From a virus: a stretch of DNA of 64,000 bases. Shown here piece by piece: positions 9,414 to 20,192 of this stretch. How positions within the stretch are numbered: position 1 is the stretch's first letter; every line of letters starts with the position of its first letter. Under the pieces are notes generated by a model that saw only the letters and a list, made by a program, of their open reading frames with translations, searched no databases and was not told the DNA's origin. The translations under genes were made by a program, and so were the position numbers. The DNA is taken from IMG/VR virus record IMGVR_UViG_3300036861_001106, positions 45,531-109,530 of that record; one strand, 5' to 3'.

Positions 9414-10208
9414 GTGACCGAGATTGAGCTGACCGAGGCCCCCCGGGAGGGTGAGGCGCAGCGCGGGGACTTTCGCATCCAGATTGCCCCATGCAACGTG
9501 ACGGGGGAGCGCGCGAAGGTCATCAGCCACATGGCGGGCACCATCGACCTGGAGCTGGACAGCGGGGAGCAGAAGTCCCTCGACGTCTGGGTGAGCTACA
9601 GCGCCGAGGGGCTGGCGACGCTGCAGCGGACCCTGGAGGCAAGCCCCTTCCCGGTGGACCTGCCGACGGCGGAGGAGATTCGGAAGAACGTGAAGTACCA
9701 GTGGGTGGCGCACTACGCTGACGGGGAGGTTGTGGCGCAGTTCCCAGACGACCTGAACCTGGGGCACCTGGACCTGCCGCGCGTGCAGCGCCTCGTGCTT
9801 GAGCCGCGGGGGGAGAACGTCGACGGGCTGCCCCACTTCTGCCTGGACCGGCAGTGCGGCTTCCAGTACCTGGACCTGACGGGCATGTGGCAGCCCCTCT
9901 GTGACAAGGCGACGCGGGCCCCGTTGCCCTGCCCCACGGTGCCCTTCCACCTGGAGTACCAGCGCCGCGTGCACGTGACCTTCGTCGCGGGTCCCGGGGT
10001 GGAGGAGTGCTTCCCCCCGAGCGTGCGCCAGGAGCTGGGGTGGCGCGTCGACTGCCTGCACGGCGACGCGCAGGAGACCTGGTTCATGATCGCCGTCGAG
10101 GACAGCGACGGGACGTGGCAGGTGTGCCGCCAGGAGCCCGTGGGGTCACGGCACTTTGGCCCGCGGGTGATCCCGGGTGACGTGCGGTTCATGGAGCCCT
10201 ACGGGTGA
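9414..10208 (+). CDS. hypothetical protein
   Basis: SD GAGGAGG plus GTG; strong codon bias; YQWVAHYADG motif. Confidence 0.65.
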   Translation: MTEIELTEAPREGEAQRGDFRIQIAPCNVTGERAKVISHMAGTIDLELDSGEQKSLDVWVSYSAEGLATLQRTLEASPFPVDLPTAEEIRKNVKYQWVAHYADGEVVAQFPDDLNLGHLDLPRVQRLVLEPRGENVDGLPHFCLDRQCGFQYLDLTGMWQPLCDKATRAPLPCPTVPFHLEYQRRVHVTFVAGPGVEECFPPSVRQELGWRVDCLHGDAQETWFMIAVEDSDGTWQVCRQEPVGSRHFGPRVIPGDVRFMEPYG

Positions 10209-10437
10209 GCCCCGAGGTGATCCTCCTCGACTTCTGGTGGCGCCTGCGCTGGCCGGCGCTGTGGCGGCTGCAGTGCTGACCGACGTGGAGCGGGCCGAGG
10301 CGCGCCTGCGGGCCGCCGCCGCCGTGGCGGACGAGCGGGACCGCACGACCGTGCGGGGCAGCGACCTGCAGCTCCTGCTGGTGCTGCTGACCAGCCTGCG
10401 GGAGCTGCTGGCGGACTGTCGACCGAGGGACTAATTG

Positions 10438-12135
10438 ATGGCTTGGCTTGTGGGTAGCTCAGACATTGCCAACCTCCGCGCGGACCTGTACGCCCTGTTG
10501 AGTGGCACCATGGCGGCTGGCACGCGCGGTGGTGGCCAGGCGGGCAATGGCGTCACCGTCGGTGGCACTGACGCCTGGACGGCACTGGACGGGACCAACT
10601 TCATCATCCGCAGCCAGCGCACGGAGAGCCCCTGGACCTCGGAGTATGGACTCTACCGCGGCGCCCCCCGCTTCGCCGCCCGCACCACCAGCACAGTCTT
10701 CCAGTCCGCCATCCAGACGCAGCTTGGCAAGCCTGCCTTCAGCGGGGCCTACTCGGGTGGCACCGCGCGGGTCTACCTCGCGGCCTTCGTCTCGACGGCC
10801 AACGGCACCCCGGGCTCCCTGACGGGCACCGTCATCACCTGGACCCTGGTGAATGCCGACACGGCGGCCACTGTGGCCTCTGGGACGACGAGTGCCTGGT
10901 CCGGGTCCACTGACACCAAGCTCATTACCAATGGCATCTCCCTCACGCTCACCCTCGGCGGCAGCGACCAGTTCGTGGGTGGTGCCAACGCCGTGCTCTG
11001 GCTGCGCGGCTACACCACCACGTTCACGCAGGGCATCGACTACTTCCCCGAGGCAGCAAACATCACCGGGGGCATCACGGTCTCCAACACCAGCGGGGGC
11101 AGCAACAACTACACGGGCGGTGGCACGGACTACACGCTGGTGCAGCAGGTGCACACGCACCCCATCGCCGTCGCCGACGCCAACACGATTGCCCCCTTCA
11201 GTGCCATCCTCGACTGGGGTGGCAACGGCTGTGGCTGCGGCATCGCCTGGAACGCAGGTGGCTCCCCGCCGGCAGTGGGGGCCAACTACTTCATCCCGGC
11301 GGACTACTCGCTGTACGGTGCTTACTACCAGGTGCCCAACCTCGTGGCCTCCACCGACTACAAGCTGACCGGGGCACCCATGGACGCGTGGGATGCCACG
11401 CTGGCGGTGGGCCGGTGGGTGATGACCAGCTCGACCACGACGCCCAAGTCCACGGTCAACACCACCCTGTTCTACGGCCGCGTGTTCAGTGGTGTGGGCC
11501 AGCCGACGAGTACCTTCATCAACTTCTGGATCAGCGTCAAGTCGGACAAGATCGTCATCATCCTCCGGGGTGACCCGGGGCAGAGTGGGCAGGTGACGAT
11601 GCTGACGCTGCAGCGCGCCACAGCACTGGTGGCTGCCGACAAGCACCCGTGGCTCTTCGCCTGCACGGGCTCGGCACCGAGCACCGACGGCTGGTTCGCC
11701 TACGAGGTGACCTCGAAGTACACCTACGAGCAGCCCTACTACGGGACACCCGCCACGACCGTGACGAGCCTGGGGCTGGCAATGTGGTCTGGCCTCCTCT
11801 CCAGCAACGCAGGCCGCACCGTGTTCGCCGGCATCCCCACGGCCAGCCTGCCGATTCAGAACCCCAACAACTTCGACCTGCGGTTCTGGCTCTACTCCAT
11901 CTACCCCTACTGCCTCAAGGGGGGCAGCAACCTCGCAGGCACCTTCGACGTGACCAAGAACGCTGGCATCCGCAGCAAGCTGCAGGGCATCTGGGTCATC
12001 GCCCTGGACAACTTCTCCTCCCTGGACACTCTGGCTGACAGCTCGGGGAACTACCTGCTCTTCACCCCCAACTCGGCCTTCGGGGCAGGCTCGGGGTCAC
12101 AGGCGTACACAGACCTGGGCGTTTTGAACGAATAG
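10438..12135 (+). CDS. putative tail fibre/virion protein
   Basis: 565-aa Gly/Thr/Ser-rich, beta-rich ORF in the structural region. Confidence 0.7.
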   Translation: MAWLVGSSDIANLRADLYALLSGTMAAGTRGGGQAGNGVTVGGTDAWTALDGTNFIIRSQRTESPWTSEYGLYRGAPRFAARTTSTVFQSAIQTQLGKPAFSGAYSGGTARVYLAAFVSTANGTPGSLTGTVITWTLVNADTAATVASGTTSAWSGSTDTKLITNGISLTLTLGGSDQFVGGANAVLWLRGYTTTFTQGIDYFPEAANITGGITVSNTSGGSNNYTGGGTDYTLVQQVHTHPIAVADANTIAPFSAILDWGGNGCGCGIAWNAGGSPPAVGANYFIPADYSLYGAYYQVPNLVASTDYKLTGAPMDAWDATLAVGRWVMTSSTTTPKSTVNTTLFYGRVFSGVGQPTSTFINFWISVKSDKIVIILRGDPGQSGQVTMLTLQRATALVAADKHPWLFACTGSAPSTDGWFAYEVTSKYTYEQPYYGTPATTVTSLGLAMWSGLLSSNAGRTVFAGIPTASLPIQNPNNFDLRFWLYSIYPYCLKGGSNLAGTFDVTKNAGIRSKLQGIWVIALDNFSSLDTLADSSGNYLLFTPNSAFGAGSGSQAYTDLGVLNE

Positions 12136-12158
12136 TTCGGCTGTAAAAGGAGTGCGCA

Positions 12159-12524
12159 ATGGCCTCGTTTGACTTCAACCAGACCGCCGCCGTGATCGAC
12201 GGCACGACGACCACAACCTACCAACCAGTCGACTTCACCGACGCCAATGTCGCAAAGCATCTGGAGAAGGATGTGAACGTCGCCGCGCTGGCCACGGACG
12301 CGGAGATCAGCCTGGACGGGCTGACGGTGAAGCACCTGCGGCTGGTCTGCGGGGCCACCATCTCCGTGAAGCTGAACGGCACGGGCAACACGGCCATCGC
12401 GTTGACCCCGAACGCCGACCACCCGGCGGTGCTGTGCCTCATCGGGTGCAACGTGACGTCGATTCACGTGACCAACACCGGCGCCTCCGCCGTGGAGTTG
12501 AAGCTGATCGCAATGGCTGAGTAG
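12159..12524 (+). CDS. putative small virion protein
   Basis: SD AAGGAG; beta-rich composition. Confidence 0.6.
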   Translation: MASFDFNQTAAVIDGTTTTTYQPVDFTDANVAKHLEKDVNVAALATDAEISLDGLTVKHLRLVCGATISVKLNGTGNTAIALTPNADHPAVLCLIGCNVTSIHVTNTGASAVELKLIAMAE

Positions 12525-12533
12525 AGGAGGAAC

Positions 12534-12737
12534 ATGGGCAACTGGGCAATCACCATCCAGGGCATTGGTGCCCATCACAACAAGCTTAACTCGGGCGACG
12601 CCAACCGGATGGCCCGGAGATTTGTCCGGCAGTTGCGGAACGCGGGGCACACCGTCGTGCGGGCTGACTTCACGCACGGGGCCAACGAGGACCTCTGCGA
12701 CGAGCACCTGGCACACCCGGACGATCGGCTAAAGTAA
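12534..12737 (+). CDS. hypothetical protein
   Basis: SD GAGGAGG, 67 aa. Confidence 0.6.
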   Translation: MGNWAITIQGIGAHHNKLNSGDANRMARRFVRQLRNAGHTVVRADFTHGANEDLCDEHLAHPDDRLK

Positions 12738-12768
12738 GATTCTTCACGCGCGGCGAAAGGAGTAGGCA

Positions 12769-13671
12769 ATGCCCGAGCAGACCCTCGACATGCGCGCCTA
12801 CATCTTGCCGCGCTACACCCCCACGGCCTTTGGTGACGCCCCGGACGACAGCATCGGTGGCATCGCCACCACCGACGCGCCCCCCGCGCTCGACTACTAC
12901 GAGGGTGAGCAGGAGCAGGCCACCACCCGCGGCGACGCCAGCCTCCCCGTCTACATCTGGGACCTGGGCGTGCCCACGGTCGGTGGCGTCGTCACCGTGC
13001 GCCTGCGGATGCGGGCCAACATCCGCAAGACGCAGGAGCAGACGATCCAGCTCCGCGCCAAGGTCACCAACCAGGTCCTGCGGCAGATCCAGATTCGTGC
13101 CTACGTCGTGCGCCCGGTGCGAAAGACCATCAGGATGCGAGCCCGGATCTTCACGGGCGTCTCCACCAAGACCATCCGCCTGCGCGCGAACGTCCGCAAC
13201 ACGGTGACCCGCACGCTCACCATGCGTGCGTCGATCCAGCGGCCCAACTTCCAGATTCAGCTCCGGGCCAGGATCACCAAGGCGGTGTCGCAGACCATCC
13301 AGCTCCGCGCGGCCATCACCCCGCAGACCCTGCAGAAGATCGATCTTAGGGCCAACATCCAGGCAGTGGCCACACAGTCGCTGCAGATGAGGGCAAGAAT
13401 CCAGCCCTTCACCGACCTGCAGATGCGGGCGAGGATCCGGCAGGTCGTCTCGACTACGCTGGAGCTGACCTGGAACGCCGCCGAGCCCCTGCGGTCGCCG
13501 CTGCTCCTCACCTGGAACGCGGGCGAGGGCACGCGGACGTCACACGTCATCACGATGCGCGCGATGATCGTCAGCCCACGCAGCACGACGGTGGAGCTGG
13601 AGTGGCGGGTGGAGGCGCCGGTACCCGAGGGGCCGGTCACGGAGCCGATTCAGAAGCTGGAGACACCCTGA
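12769..13671 (+). CDS. virion protein with ~11 tandem 12-15-aa [IL]x[LMI]RAx[IV] repeats
   Basis: LRMRANI, IQLRAKV, IQIRAYV, IRMRARI, IRLRANV, LTMRASI, IQLRARI, IQLRAAI, IDLRANI, LQMRARI x2. Confidence 0.75.
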   Translation: MPEQTLDMRAYILPRYTPTAFGDAPDDSIGGIATTDAPPALDYYEGEQEQATTRGDASLPVYIWDLGVPTVGGVVTVRLRMRANIRKTQEQTIQLRAKVTNQVLRQIQIRAYVVRPVRKTIRMRARIFTGVSTKTIRLRANVRNTVTRTLTMRASIQRPNFQIQLRARITKAVSQTIQLRAAITPQTLQKIDLRANIQAVATQSLQMRARIQPFTDLQMRARIRQVVSTTLELTWNAAEPLRSPLLLTWNAGEGTRTSHVITMRAMIVSPRSTTVELEWRVEAPVPEGPVTEPIQKLETP

Positions 13672-13875
13672 TGCCAAGTTCAGAGGACTTTGAGCGGGTG
13701 CGCCCTCTCCTGCGGGAGGCAGCGCACTTGTGGAGCAACTACCGCGACTTCTACCGTCACTTGACGGTGGAGGAAAGGGTTTACTGCCTCCCACCCTCCC
13801 TGGTGGAAGATTTTGAACGGCTGGGGAAGGTGATCGGCGACGTCGATCTGACCATGGCTGACATCTAGGGGCTAA

Positions 13876-16809
13876 ATGGCACGCTACGGTCTTGTCATCG
13901 CGCTCGACACAGGGCGCCTCGTGCAGATTGACCACGACACTGGGGCGTGGGTCCGCAACTACGGCGCCCTGAACGAGACCTGGGCCGGCAACGTCAGCGA
14001 CTTCGACCCGACCACCGGGCTGCCCACCCCGGAGGCCCTCGGCGCGACCGACACCAGCAACCCCTGCGGCACGACGGCGACCAGCGCGCTCGCCTACCTG
14101 CTGGACCCCAGCACCTGCCGCGTCCTCGCCTTCGACCCCCTCACCGGTGACCTCTATGCCACCTTCGGCGGTCGGCGCGGGATCGGCAGCGGCAAGATCA
14201 CCCCGGACCCCACGCGGCGCTCCATCATCGCGCTCGCGAATGGCAAGATCTGGGTCACCGACAATGCGGGCGACTTTCTGGTCCAGTTTGCCACCGGGGG
14301 CACCTTCGAGGCGGACCACGCCATCAGCGGGTGGGCCACGGCGCTCAGCCTCGCCTTTGACCAGTGCACGGGCTTCGCCTTCGACGTGGCGCGGCAGCGG
14401 TACTGGGCACTCGTCGGCGCCACCGCCACGACGTACCTCATCGAGCTGGACACCAGCCTCGTGCCCACCGGCACGGTCATCGACCTCACGACGCGCCTGG
14501 CCAGCAGCCTCGGCATCACGGTCAGCGGCCACGGTGGGAGTGACCTGGGGCGTGCGCAGACCCGGGGGCTCTTCTTCCACAACGGCTACCTGTGCCTCAC
14601 CTCCACGACCTACGTCGTCAAGGTCGACCTCACCAACAGCAGCGGGGATCAGCTCCTCAAGACGTTCGCGCAGGACGTCGGCCCGGGCGCCTGGGCCAGC
14701 GATGGGACCGAGTTCTCCTTTGTGGGGCGCGACCAGGTGGACGGGCAGCCAGTCGTCCACGTCCTGACCGTTGCCACCCTGGCGGAGCGCACGTACGGAT
14801 TCCAGGTCACCGTGGACGATGGCGACCCCACCCACGTGGCTGCGCCGTGGGACTTGACCGTCTCCCCCAACGTTGAGGACCCCAGCACCCGCACCAGCCG
14901 GGACCTGCAGGTCCGGGCGCGCATCCAGGCCACCGCCACGCGCGGCATCCAGCTCCGGGCCAGCATCCGCAACACCGTCCCGCGGACCCTCGACGCCCGG
15001 GCGCGCATCCTCCAGGGGGCCATCCAGCAGCTCACGATGCGGGCCCGCATCGTCGAGGCGACGACGCTGCTGGACCGCATGACGACGGCCTGGACGCTGG
15101 AGGACAGCGTCGGCAGCTTCAGCCGCGGGCTCACCCTGAGCTGCGCGGCCAACCCGGGGCTGGCGGTGGGGGACACCGTGACGCTCTACGCGGGCTACAA
15201 CGACCCCGTGGACGGACCCACCCTGGTCAAGGTCTTCCACGGCGAGGTGGACGACGTCACCGTGGCGGAGGAGGCGGACTCCGCCCTCTACACCTTCACC
15301 CTGCGGGATGTGGGGGCCAAGGAGGCCAACAGCCGCCGGGTCACCCGCACGACGCAGACGCAGTTCCCGCGCACGACGACCGACGTGCCGTCGGTGAACG
15401 CGAACAACGCCCTGCTGGACCATGGAATTCTCAACCTGCCGGACTTTGAAGCTGGCGTAGGCGCTGGTGCCCCAGCCTTCTCCTTCTACGGCAACTTCAC
15501 GGCGCGGGACGTGTCGCCCATCCAGGTCCTGCAGCAGCTCACCGAGCCGTGGAACCTGTTTGCCAGCAACCAGTACTACCCCACTGTGCGCGACGGGCGC
15601 ACCTTCAGCCAGCACATCAACTGGGCCAACCCACCAGCGGATGGGTACCGGCTCCCCCGGGCCCGGCTGACCAGCCAGGTGCTGAAGCAGCAACGGTACA
15701 TTGAATCGCCCAACCTGGTGGGGCTGGCCATCCAGGTGCGCGGCGCGACCTTCACGCTGCAGATCATCGACCAGCTCGGGCCGCAGACGCGGATTGAGTA
15801 CATGCGGTCGCTGGCCCAGAGCGACGTCACGACCCCCAGTGCCAGCAACATTGGCACCACGGCCTTCGCCACCGAGTACGTGCTCACCGAGACCAGCAAC
15901 GTCGAGGAGACCTGGGGGGACAAGGTGCTGTCGCGCACCTCCGAGACCTACGAGTCGCGGTTCACCTCCACGGACGGCGGCGGGGGGGGCACGAAGCTCA
16001 TCCACCGGGAGGTGGAGGCCAACCTGTACTTCGAACCGCCCGGGGACCTTGGCTTCGACTCCATCCAGACCTCCAGCGCGGGCCCCTCCCCGCTGGCGCT
16101 GCCGCTGCAGGTCAACTCCATCGTGTCCGGCATCGACCCCACCGACTCGGTCTTCCGGGAGCTGCAGCGCACGCAGACGAACTACTACTACGATGCCAAG
16201 AACAACCTTGCGGCGGAGAGCACGAGCGTCACCCTCTTCGATTCAAGCACCAACACCTGGAAGCTGGACAGCGTCCAGCAGCGGTTCCACAGCGAGACCA
16301 CCGGGGGCAGCACGCGCACGCGGCGGCTCTCCTTCGCCAACGACGATGGCACGCTCACCTTCGACACGGCGGATGGCCAGCAGGTCGGGGGACGCCGGCC
16401 CAACCCGGCCCTCATCTCGGGCCTCGCCTCGGTGGTGACGTCGCAGGCGATGTTCCCGATCCCTGACATTGTGGTCGACTTTCTCGGCTCGCACGTTAGC
16501 CTCCCGGTGGCCACGCCCACGTGGCTCTACGAGAACCCACTCCTGGGGCAGGACGACTGCGAGACGGTCTACAGCTTGGCGGTCACGGAGCAGGGGCTGC
16601 AGGCCAACCCGCTGGTCCGGTGGGAGACGATCGACTTCGCGGGGCCCTTCGACCCGAACCTGCAGTCGGGCATGGCCCTCCAGTTGGAGCGCCAGCCCGG
16701 GGTGTGGGTGGACTACTGGGTGGAGAGCGTCGCCCACAGCTACACGGCGGACGAGGCACTGTCCCGGGGGTCGGCCAAGAGGATCACAACTGACCCGCTG
16801 CCAGCATAG
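13876..16809 (+). CDS. large tail/baseplate protein (propeller-like N-terminus, 4 RARI repeats, hub-like C-terminal part)
   Basis: 977 aa; GDTVTLYAGY...VFHGEVDDV and YWVESVAHSY patterns resemble tail hub proteins. Confidence 0.7.
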   Translation: MARYGLVIALDTGRLVQIDHDTGAWVRNYGALNETWAGNVSDFDPTTGLPTPEALGATDTSNPCGTTATSALAYLLDPSTCRVLAFDPLTGDLYATFGGRRGIGSGKITPDPTRRSIIALANGKIWVTDNAGDFLVQFATGGTFEADHAISGWATALSLAFDQCTGFAFDVARQRYWALVGATATTYLIELDTSLVPTGTVIDLTTRLASSLGITVSGHGGSDLGRAQTRGLFFHNGYLCLTSTTYVVKVDLTNSSGDQLLKTFAQDVGPGAWASDGTEFSFVGRDQVDGQPVVHVLTVATLAERTYGFQVTVDDGDPTHVAAPWDLTVSPNVEDPSTRTSRDLQVRARIQATATRGIQLRASIRNTVPRTLDARARILQGAIQQLTMRARIVEATTLLDRMTTAWTLEDSVGSFSRGLTLSCAANPGLAVGDTVTLYAGYNDPVDGPTLVKVFHGEVDDVTVAEEADSALYTFTLRDVGAKEANSRRVTRTTQTQFPRTTTDVPSVNANNALLDHGILNLPDFEAGVGAGAPAFSFYGNFTARDVSPIQVLQQLTEPWNLFASNQYYPTVRDGRTFSQHINWANPPADGYRLPRARLTSQVLKQQRYIESPNLVGLAIQVRGATFTLQIIDQLGPQTRIEYMRSLAQSDVTTPSASNIGTTAFATEYVLTETSNVEETWGDKVLSRTSETYESRFTSTDGGGGGTKLIHREVEANLYFEPPGDLGFDSIQTSSAGPSPLALPLQVNSIVSGIDPTDSVFRELQRTQTNYYYDAKNNLAAESTSVTLFDSSTNTWKLDSVQQRFHSETTGGSTRTRRLSFANDDGTLTFDTADGQQVGGRRPNPALISGLASVVTSQAMFPIPDIVVDFLGSHVSLPVATPTWLYENPLLGQDDCETVYSLAVTEQGLQANPLVRWETIDFAGPFDPNLQSGMALQLERQPGVWVDYWVESVAHSYTADEALSRGSAKRITTDPLPA

Positions 16810-16817
16810 GAGGTACG

Positions 16818-17084
16818 TTGGCCAACATCGCTGAGATTCTGGCGCAGCGCCGGCGGGAGGCCACTCCTGGCACCGCTGCCAGCACCGCCGGCGCCGTGGT
16901 GAGCGGCATCATCGTTGCCCAGGCGGGGCCACGCTTCGTCGTGTCGGTGGCGGGGATGGACAGCTTCGCCGCGGAGACGATTGTGACGGAGACCCTGCGC
17001 GAGGGCGACCGGGTCTGGATCGCCACCGGCAAGGCGACGGCGGTGATCGTGGGGCTGCAGGGTCGCGATTCAGAGTTCGACTGA
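16818..17084 (+). CDS. small tail/baseplate protein
   Basis: SD AGGAGG; LREGDRVWI OB-like motif. Confidence 0.6.
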   Translation: MANIAEILAQRRREATPGTAASTAGAVVSGIIVAQAGPRFVVSVAGMDSFAAETIVTETLREGDRVWIATGKATAVIVGLQGRDSEFD

Positions 17085-18208
17085 TGGCCAACCTCCTCGA
17101 CGCCTTTGAGCCCCACCGCACGGCCACGGGCCAGCCGCAGGAGCAGGGCGCGGCGCTGCGCATCGTCCCGGCGCAGCCCACCGGCACGCCACCCAACACC
17201 GTGTGGATGGGACCGGAGTTGGGCTACCTCTACTACACCGGCTCCCAGCCCAAGGCGGATGACCTCGTCGCCGTGGTGGGCATCCAGGGAGCGCAGGTGG
17301 TGATGCTGCGGGAGACCCCGCCGCTGCGCGACCCCGTGATCGTCAGCGGCTGCAAGTGCCGCTGCCAGGCCGGGGTCGGCACGATCTTCACGGTGATCAG
17401 CAACGTCAGCAGCCAGCGCCTGTCGCACGTCGTGGCGTTCGGCGTGCCGGACTTCCCGGTGCAGCAGTTCTTTGGGCACGAGGAGACCTTCAGGATCGTG
17501 GGGCTGGCGGTGGACCGGCTCACGCCCTTCACGCTCTACCTGCTCGACGACCGGCGCTCGCTCTTCAACAAGGTGACGGACGCCAGCCCCCTGCAGCAGG
17601 TGCCGGAGAACAGCTACTACACGGTCGTCCAGCTCGACCTGGTGGGGGACACCTACGCGGCGACGGCCAGCTACACCCTCGCCAACCCCGGGGTGCCCGG
17701 GTCCATCATCTTCACGCTCGACCCGGTGGAGGACCTCATCCGCAACCAGCTTGACCCGCCGTCGATCTACCCGGGGAACCCACTCTCCGTCATCGACAGT
17801 CAACTGCACGTGACCATGAACCGCGCGCCGGCCCGGTACCAGCGCCTGGAGGCGGGGGTGCTGGTGACCCACACCCTCACGCTGGACGGCGACCCGTACG
17901 CCAAGGGGCTGCGGGGGCGCATCGTGCAGGTGCGCGACCGGCCCGCGAAGCGGCAACTGCGCTACGCCATCGCCTGGGCTGGCAGCGACAGCTTCGACGA
18001 CGCCAAGCCAGGAGCTGCCTTTGAGGTGCTGGAGTTCAATGACGCCGACGAGATCACCGCCCGGGTCACGGACGCGGCGCTGATTAGCCCCTTCCAACTG
18101 GCGAACAACTGCAACCGCCTGGTCGTGCTGCAGTCCGACCGCTACGGCCGCACGGCCAACGACCTGGGCGGCACGGCCCTGCCGCGGGAGGCGGACGAGG
18201 AGGCCTGA
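17084..18208 (+). CDS. putative tail protein
   Basis: TGATG coupling; 374 aa. Confidence 0.6.
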   Translation: MANLLDAFEPHRTATGQPQEQGAALRIVPAQPTGTPPNTVWMGPELGYLYYTGSQPKADDLVAVVGIQGAQVVMLRETPPLRDPVIVSGCKCRCQAGVGTIFTVISNVSSQRLSHVVAFGVPDFPVQQFFGHEETFRIVGLAVDRLTPFTLYLLDDRRSLFNKVTDASPLQQVPENSYYTVVQLDLVGDTYAATASYTLANPGVPGSIIFTLDPVEDLIRNQLDPPSIYPGNPLSVIDSQLHVTMNRAPARYQRLEAGVLVTHTLTLDGDPYAKGLRGRIVQVRDRPAKRQLRYAIAWAGSDSFDDAKPGAAFEVLEFNDADEITARVTDAALISPFQLANNCNRLVVLQSDRYGRTANDLGGTALPREADEEA

Positions 18209-19422
18209 TGGCGGGTGAGAAGGAGTTCATCGCCGACTTCTGCAAGGCACGCCGCTTCACGCGGTTCCAGACGAAGCGCAACCTGGCTGCGCCCCTCGAC
18301 GTCCTGGACGTCACCACCATCGCGCCGCTGGGCTGCAACCTGATCGCCGGGCACCAGGGGACGGAGGCAGGGGTGATCCTCTCGACGGTGGACCACCGCA
18401 CGGGGGGCTACGGCAGTGCCATCCTCACCTCCGCAGACCCTGAATCGGTGTTCAACCCAGGCCCGGCGACCAACGTCGACGCCACGCCCACGCTGCAGCT
18501 CACGGGCGCGGCGACCCTGCCCTTCCCCACCACCAACGTGTCCTCCACGATCGACTACAACCTCGCCGGGCGCCTCTGGTGGGCCGAGGTGGACGACGTC
18601 GAGACCTACGGGGAGAATCAGCGGAACGCCCTCACCTTCGGCTTTGGCGGCGACTACGGCCCCACGAAGACCCTGCACCTGCCCACCGGCAAGGAGTTCA
18701 CGCACTCCTTTGGCCGCCTGGCCTACCACGTCTACACGAATCAGGTCCTCATGCCGCGCCTCAACGTGCCGCTGACGCCCCTGGGGCTGGGGTACGTCCC
18801 CAGCCACAGCCGGTACGAGTGGCCGGCGGGCGTGCCGGGTGTGGGGGGGATTGCGACGGAGACCAGCTTCGCCGGGGAGGTGTGGAGCTTTGGCGTGTTC
18901 TTCTACCAGGTGCACCCGGCGCTCGTCGGGTTCAACGGCGAGGAGGTCTCTGACTACATCCTGAACCCCCTCCAGCCCCACGTGGTGCAGAATGACATCT
19001 TCGACCGGAAGTACTGCTACGTCGACCTGGAGACCCTGACGTGGCCCGCCTACGGGGGCAGCGTGGCTCGTGCCTACACCATCCCCGGTGGGCTGCGGCC
19101 GCAGTCGGTGATCTACAGCCAGAGCGCCAACTCCCCGGGCTGGACCCTCACGATCAACGGCACCCCGATTGGCCTCGGTGGGGGGAGCGCCGTGCTACCC
19201 ACGCCGCAGCTCATCCCCTTCCCCCCCTCCTCGGTCGGTGGCAGTGCCACGCCCTGCGACGCGGCGACTGAGGCAGACCTGGGCCTCGACACGACCCTCT
19301 TCACCTTCGTGGCCACGGGCTTCGCGAAGGTCCTGACGGTGGGACCACTCCTCTTCAGCGGGCTGGCAGGCCCCCGGCAGTACGAGTTCATCGTGTCATT
19401 CCTACACGTGCCGCCGCCATAG
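18208..19422 (+). CDS. putative tail protein
   Basis: TGATG coupling; 404 aa; last gene of the + strand block. Confidence 0.6.
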   Translation: MAGEKEFIADFCKARRFTRFQTKRNLAAPLDVLDVTTIAPLGCNLIAGHQGTEAGVILSTVDHRTGGYGSAILTSADPESVFNPGPATNVDATPTLQLTGAATLPFPTTNVSSTIDYNLAGRLWWAEVDDVETYGENQRNALTFGFGGDYGPTKTLHLPTGKEFTHSFGRLAYHVYTNQVLMPRLNVPLTPLGLGYVPSHSRYEWPAGVPGVGGIATETSFAGEVWSFGVFFYQVHPALVGFNGEEVSDYILNPLQPHVVQNDIFDRKYCYVDLETLTWPAYGGSVARAYTIPGGLRPQSVIYSQSANSPGWTLTINGTPIGLGGGSAVLPTPQLIPFPPSSVGGSATPCDAATEADLGLDTTLFTFVATGFAKVLTVGPLLFSGLAGPRQYEFIVSFLHVPPP

Positions 19423-19926
19423 GACGCACTCGATCAGGGGGGTGACGTCCCACCCCTGCCCCGGCACCCAGGTCAGCGTGAAGGTCTGCGGCGGGGTGGG
19501 CCACTGGGTGAGAGAGGTGCGCCCTGGGTCCTCGAACATCGCGAGCGTCCAGGTGTGGGTGCGCACCAGGCTCGCGTACGGCACCGCGAACGCCTGCCGG
19601 CGCGAGCTGCCCAGGTCCCGCAGCTCCGTGAGCACCAGGGCCACGCTGCCAGCGTCGTGCGCGCGCTGCAGCCCCCGGTGCTGCGAGGGTCGCACGTCGG
19701 CGAGCCTCACCACGACCGTGTCGGGACCCCAGCCGTGGGGCTTGTCGCGCGTGCCGAGCTTCCGCAGCTTCGTCTCGATCTTCACGTGCCGCCCCCGCAC
19801 CCCGCACACGAGGTCGCAGGGCTTGGACACGCCACGGGCGAGGTCAGAGAAGCGGTCAGCGTCACAGCCTGCGGCCCGGAGGGCCTTGATCAGCTCGGTC
19901 TTGAAGTCAGCCTCGCGGTAGTTCAC
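19402..19926 (-). CDS. PD-(D/E)XK nuclease, Holliday junction resolvase-like
   Basis: EADFK...KPCDLV...KIETK...VRPSQH motif set. Confidence 0.7.
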   Translation of the reverse strand: MNYREADFKTELIKALRAAGCDADRFSDLARGVSKPCDLVCGVRGRHVKIETKLRKLGTRDKPHGWGPDTVVVRLADVRPSQHRGLQRAHDAGSVALVLTELRDLGSSRRQAFAVPYASLVRTHTWTLAMFEDPGRTSLTQWPTPPQTFTLTWVPGQGWDVTPLIECVLWRRHV

Positions 19927-20192
19927 CGGCCATTCTCCTGGCGGCGCTCAGCCCACCGGCGGCGCTGACTTGCCCCGATCTTGGCTCTGGTCGCGGCTGA
20001 CAGCCGCTTCCCCAGGCGTGCCGCCCGCAGCTTGGCCCGGGTCTCGAAGCTGGCCTGCTGCCCCAGGCGTGCTGCCCGGAGCTTCGCCCGCGTGGCCGCC
20101 GTGACGGGCCTGCGCTGCGCCTGGCTCAGGACCAGCACGCGCCGCTCCAGGGCAGCAAGGTGCTGCAGCAGGTCCTGCAGCGGCCAGCTCAC
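19923..20192 (-). CDS. NUMOD3-repeat DNA-binding protein
   Basis: three (S/T)xxTRAK(L/I)xA repeats and no nuclease domain. Confidence 0.7.
   Translation of the reverse strand: MSWPLQDLLQHLAALERRVLVLSQAQRRPVTAATRAKLRAARLGQQASFETRAKLRAARLGKRLSAATRAKIGASQRRRWAERRQENGR

Noticed and set aside
13540-18097. Long minus-strand ORFs (821 aa, 437 aa) and similar antisense ORFs elsewhere (10459-11646, 43141-44922, 22499-24094, 55549-56901)
   Set aside because: Shadow frames of high-GC genes; no motifs, and the opposite strand has clear products.
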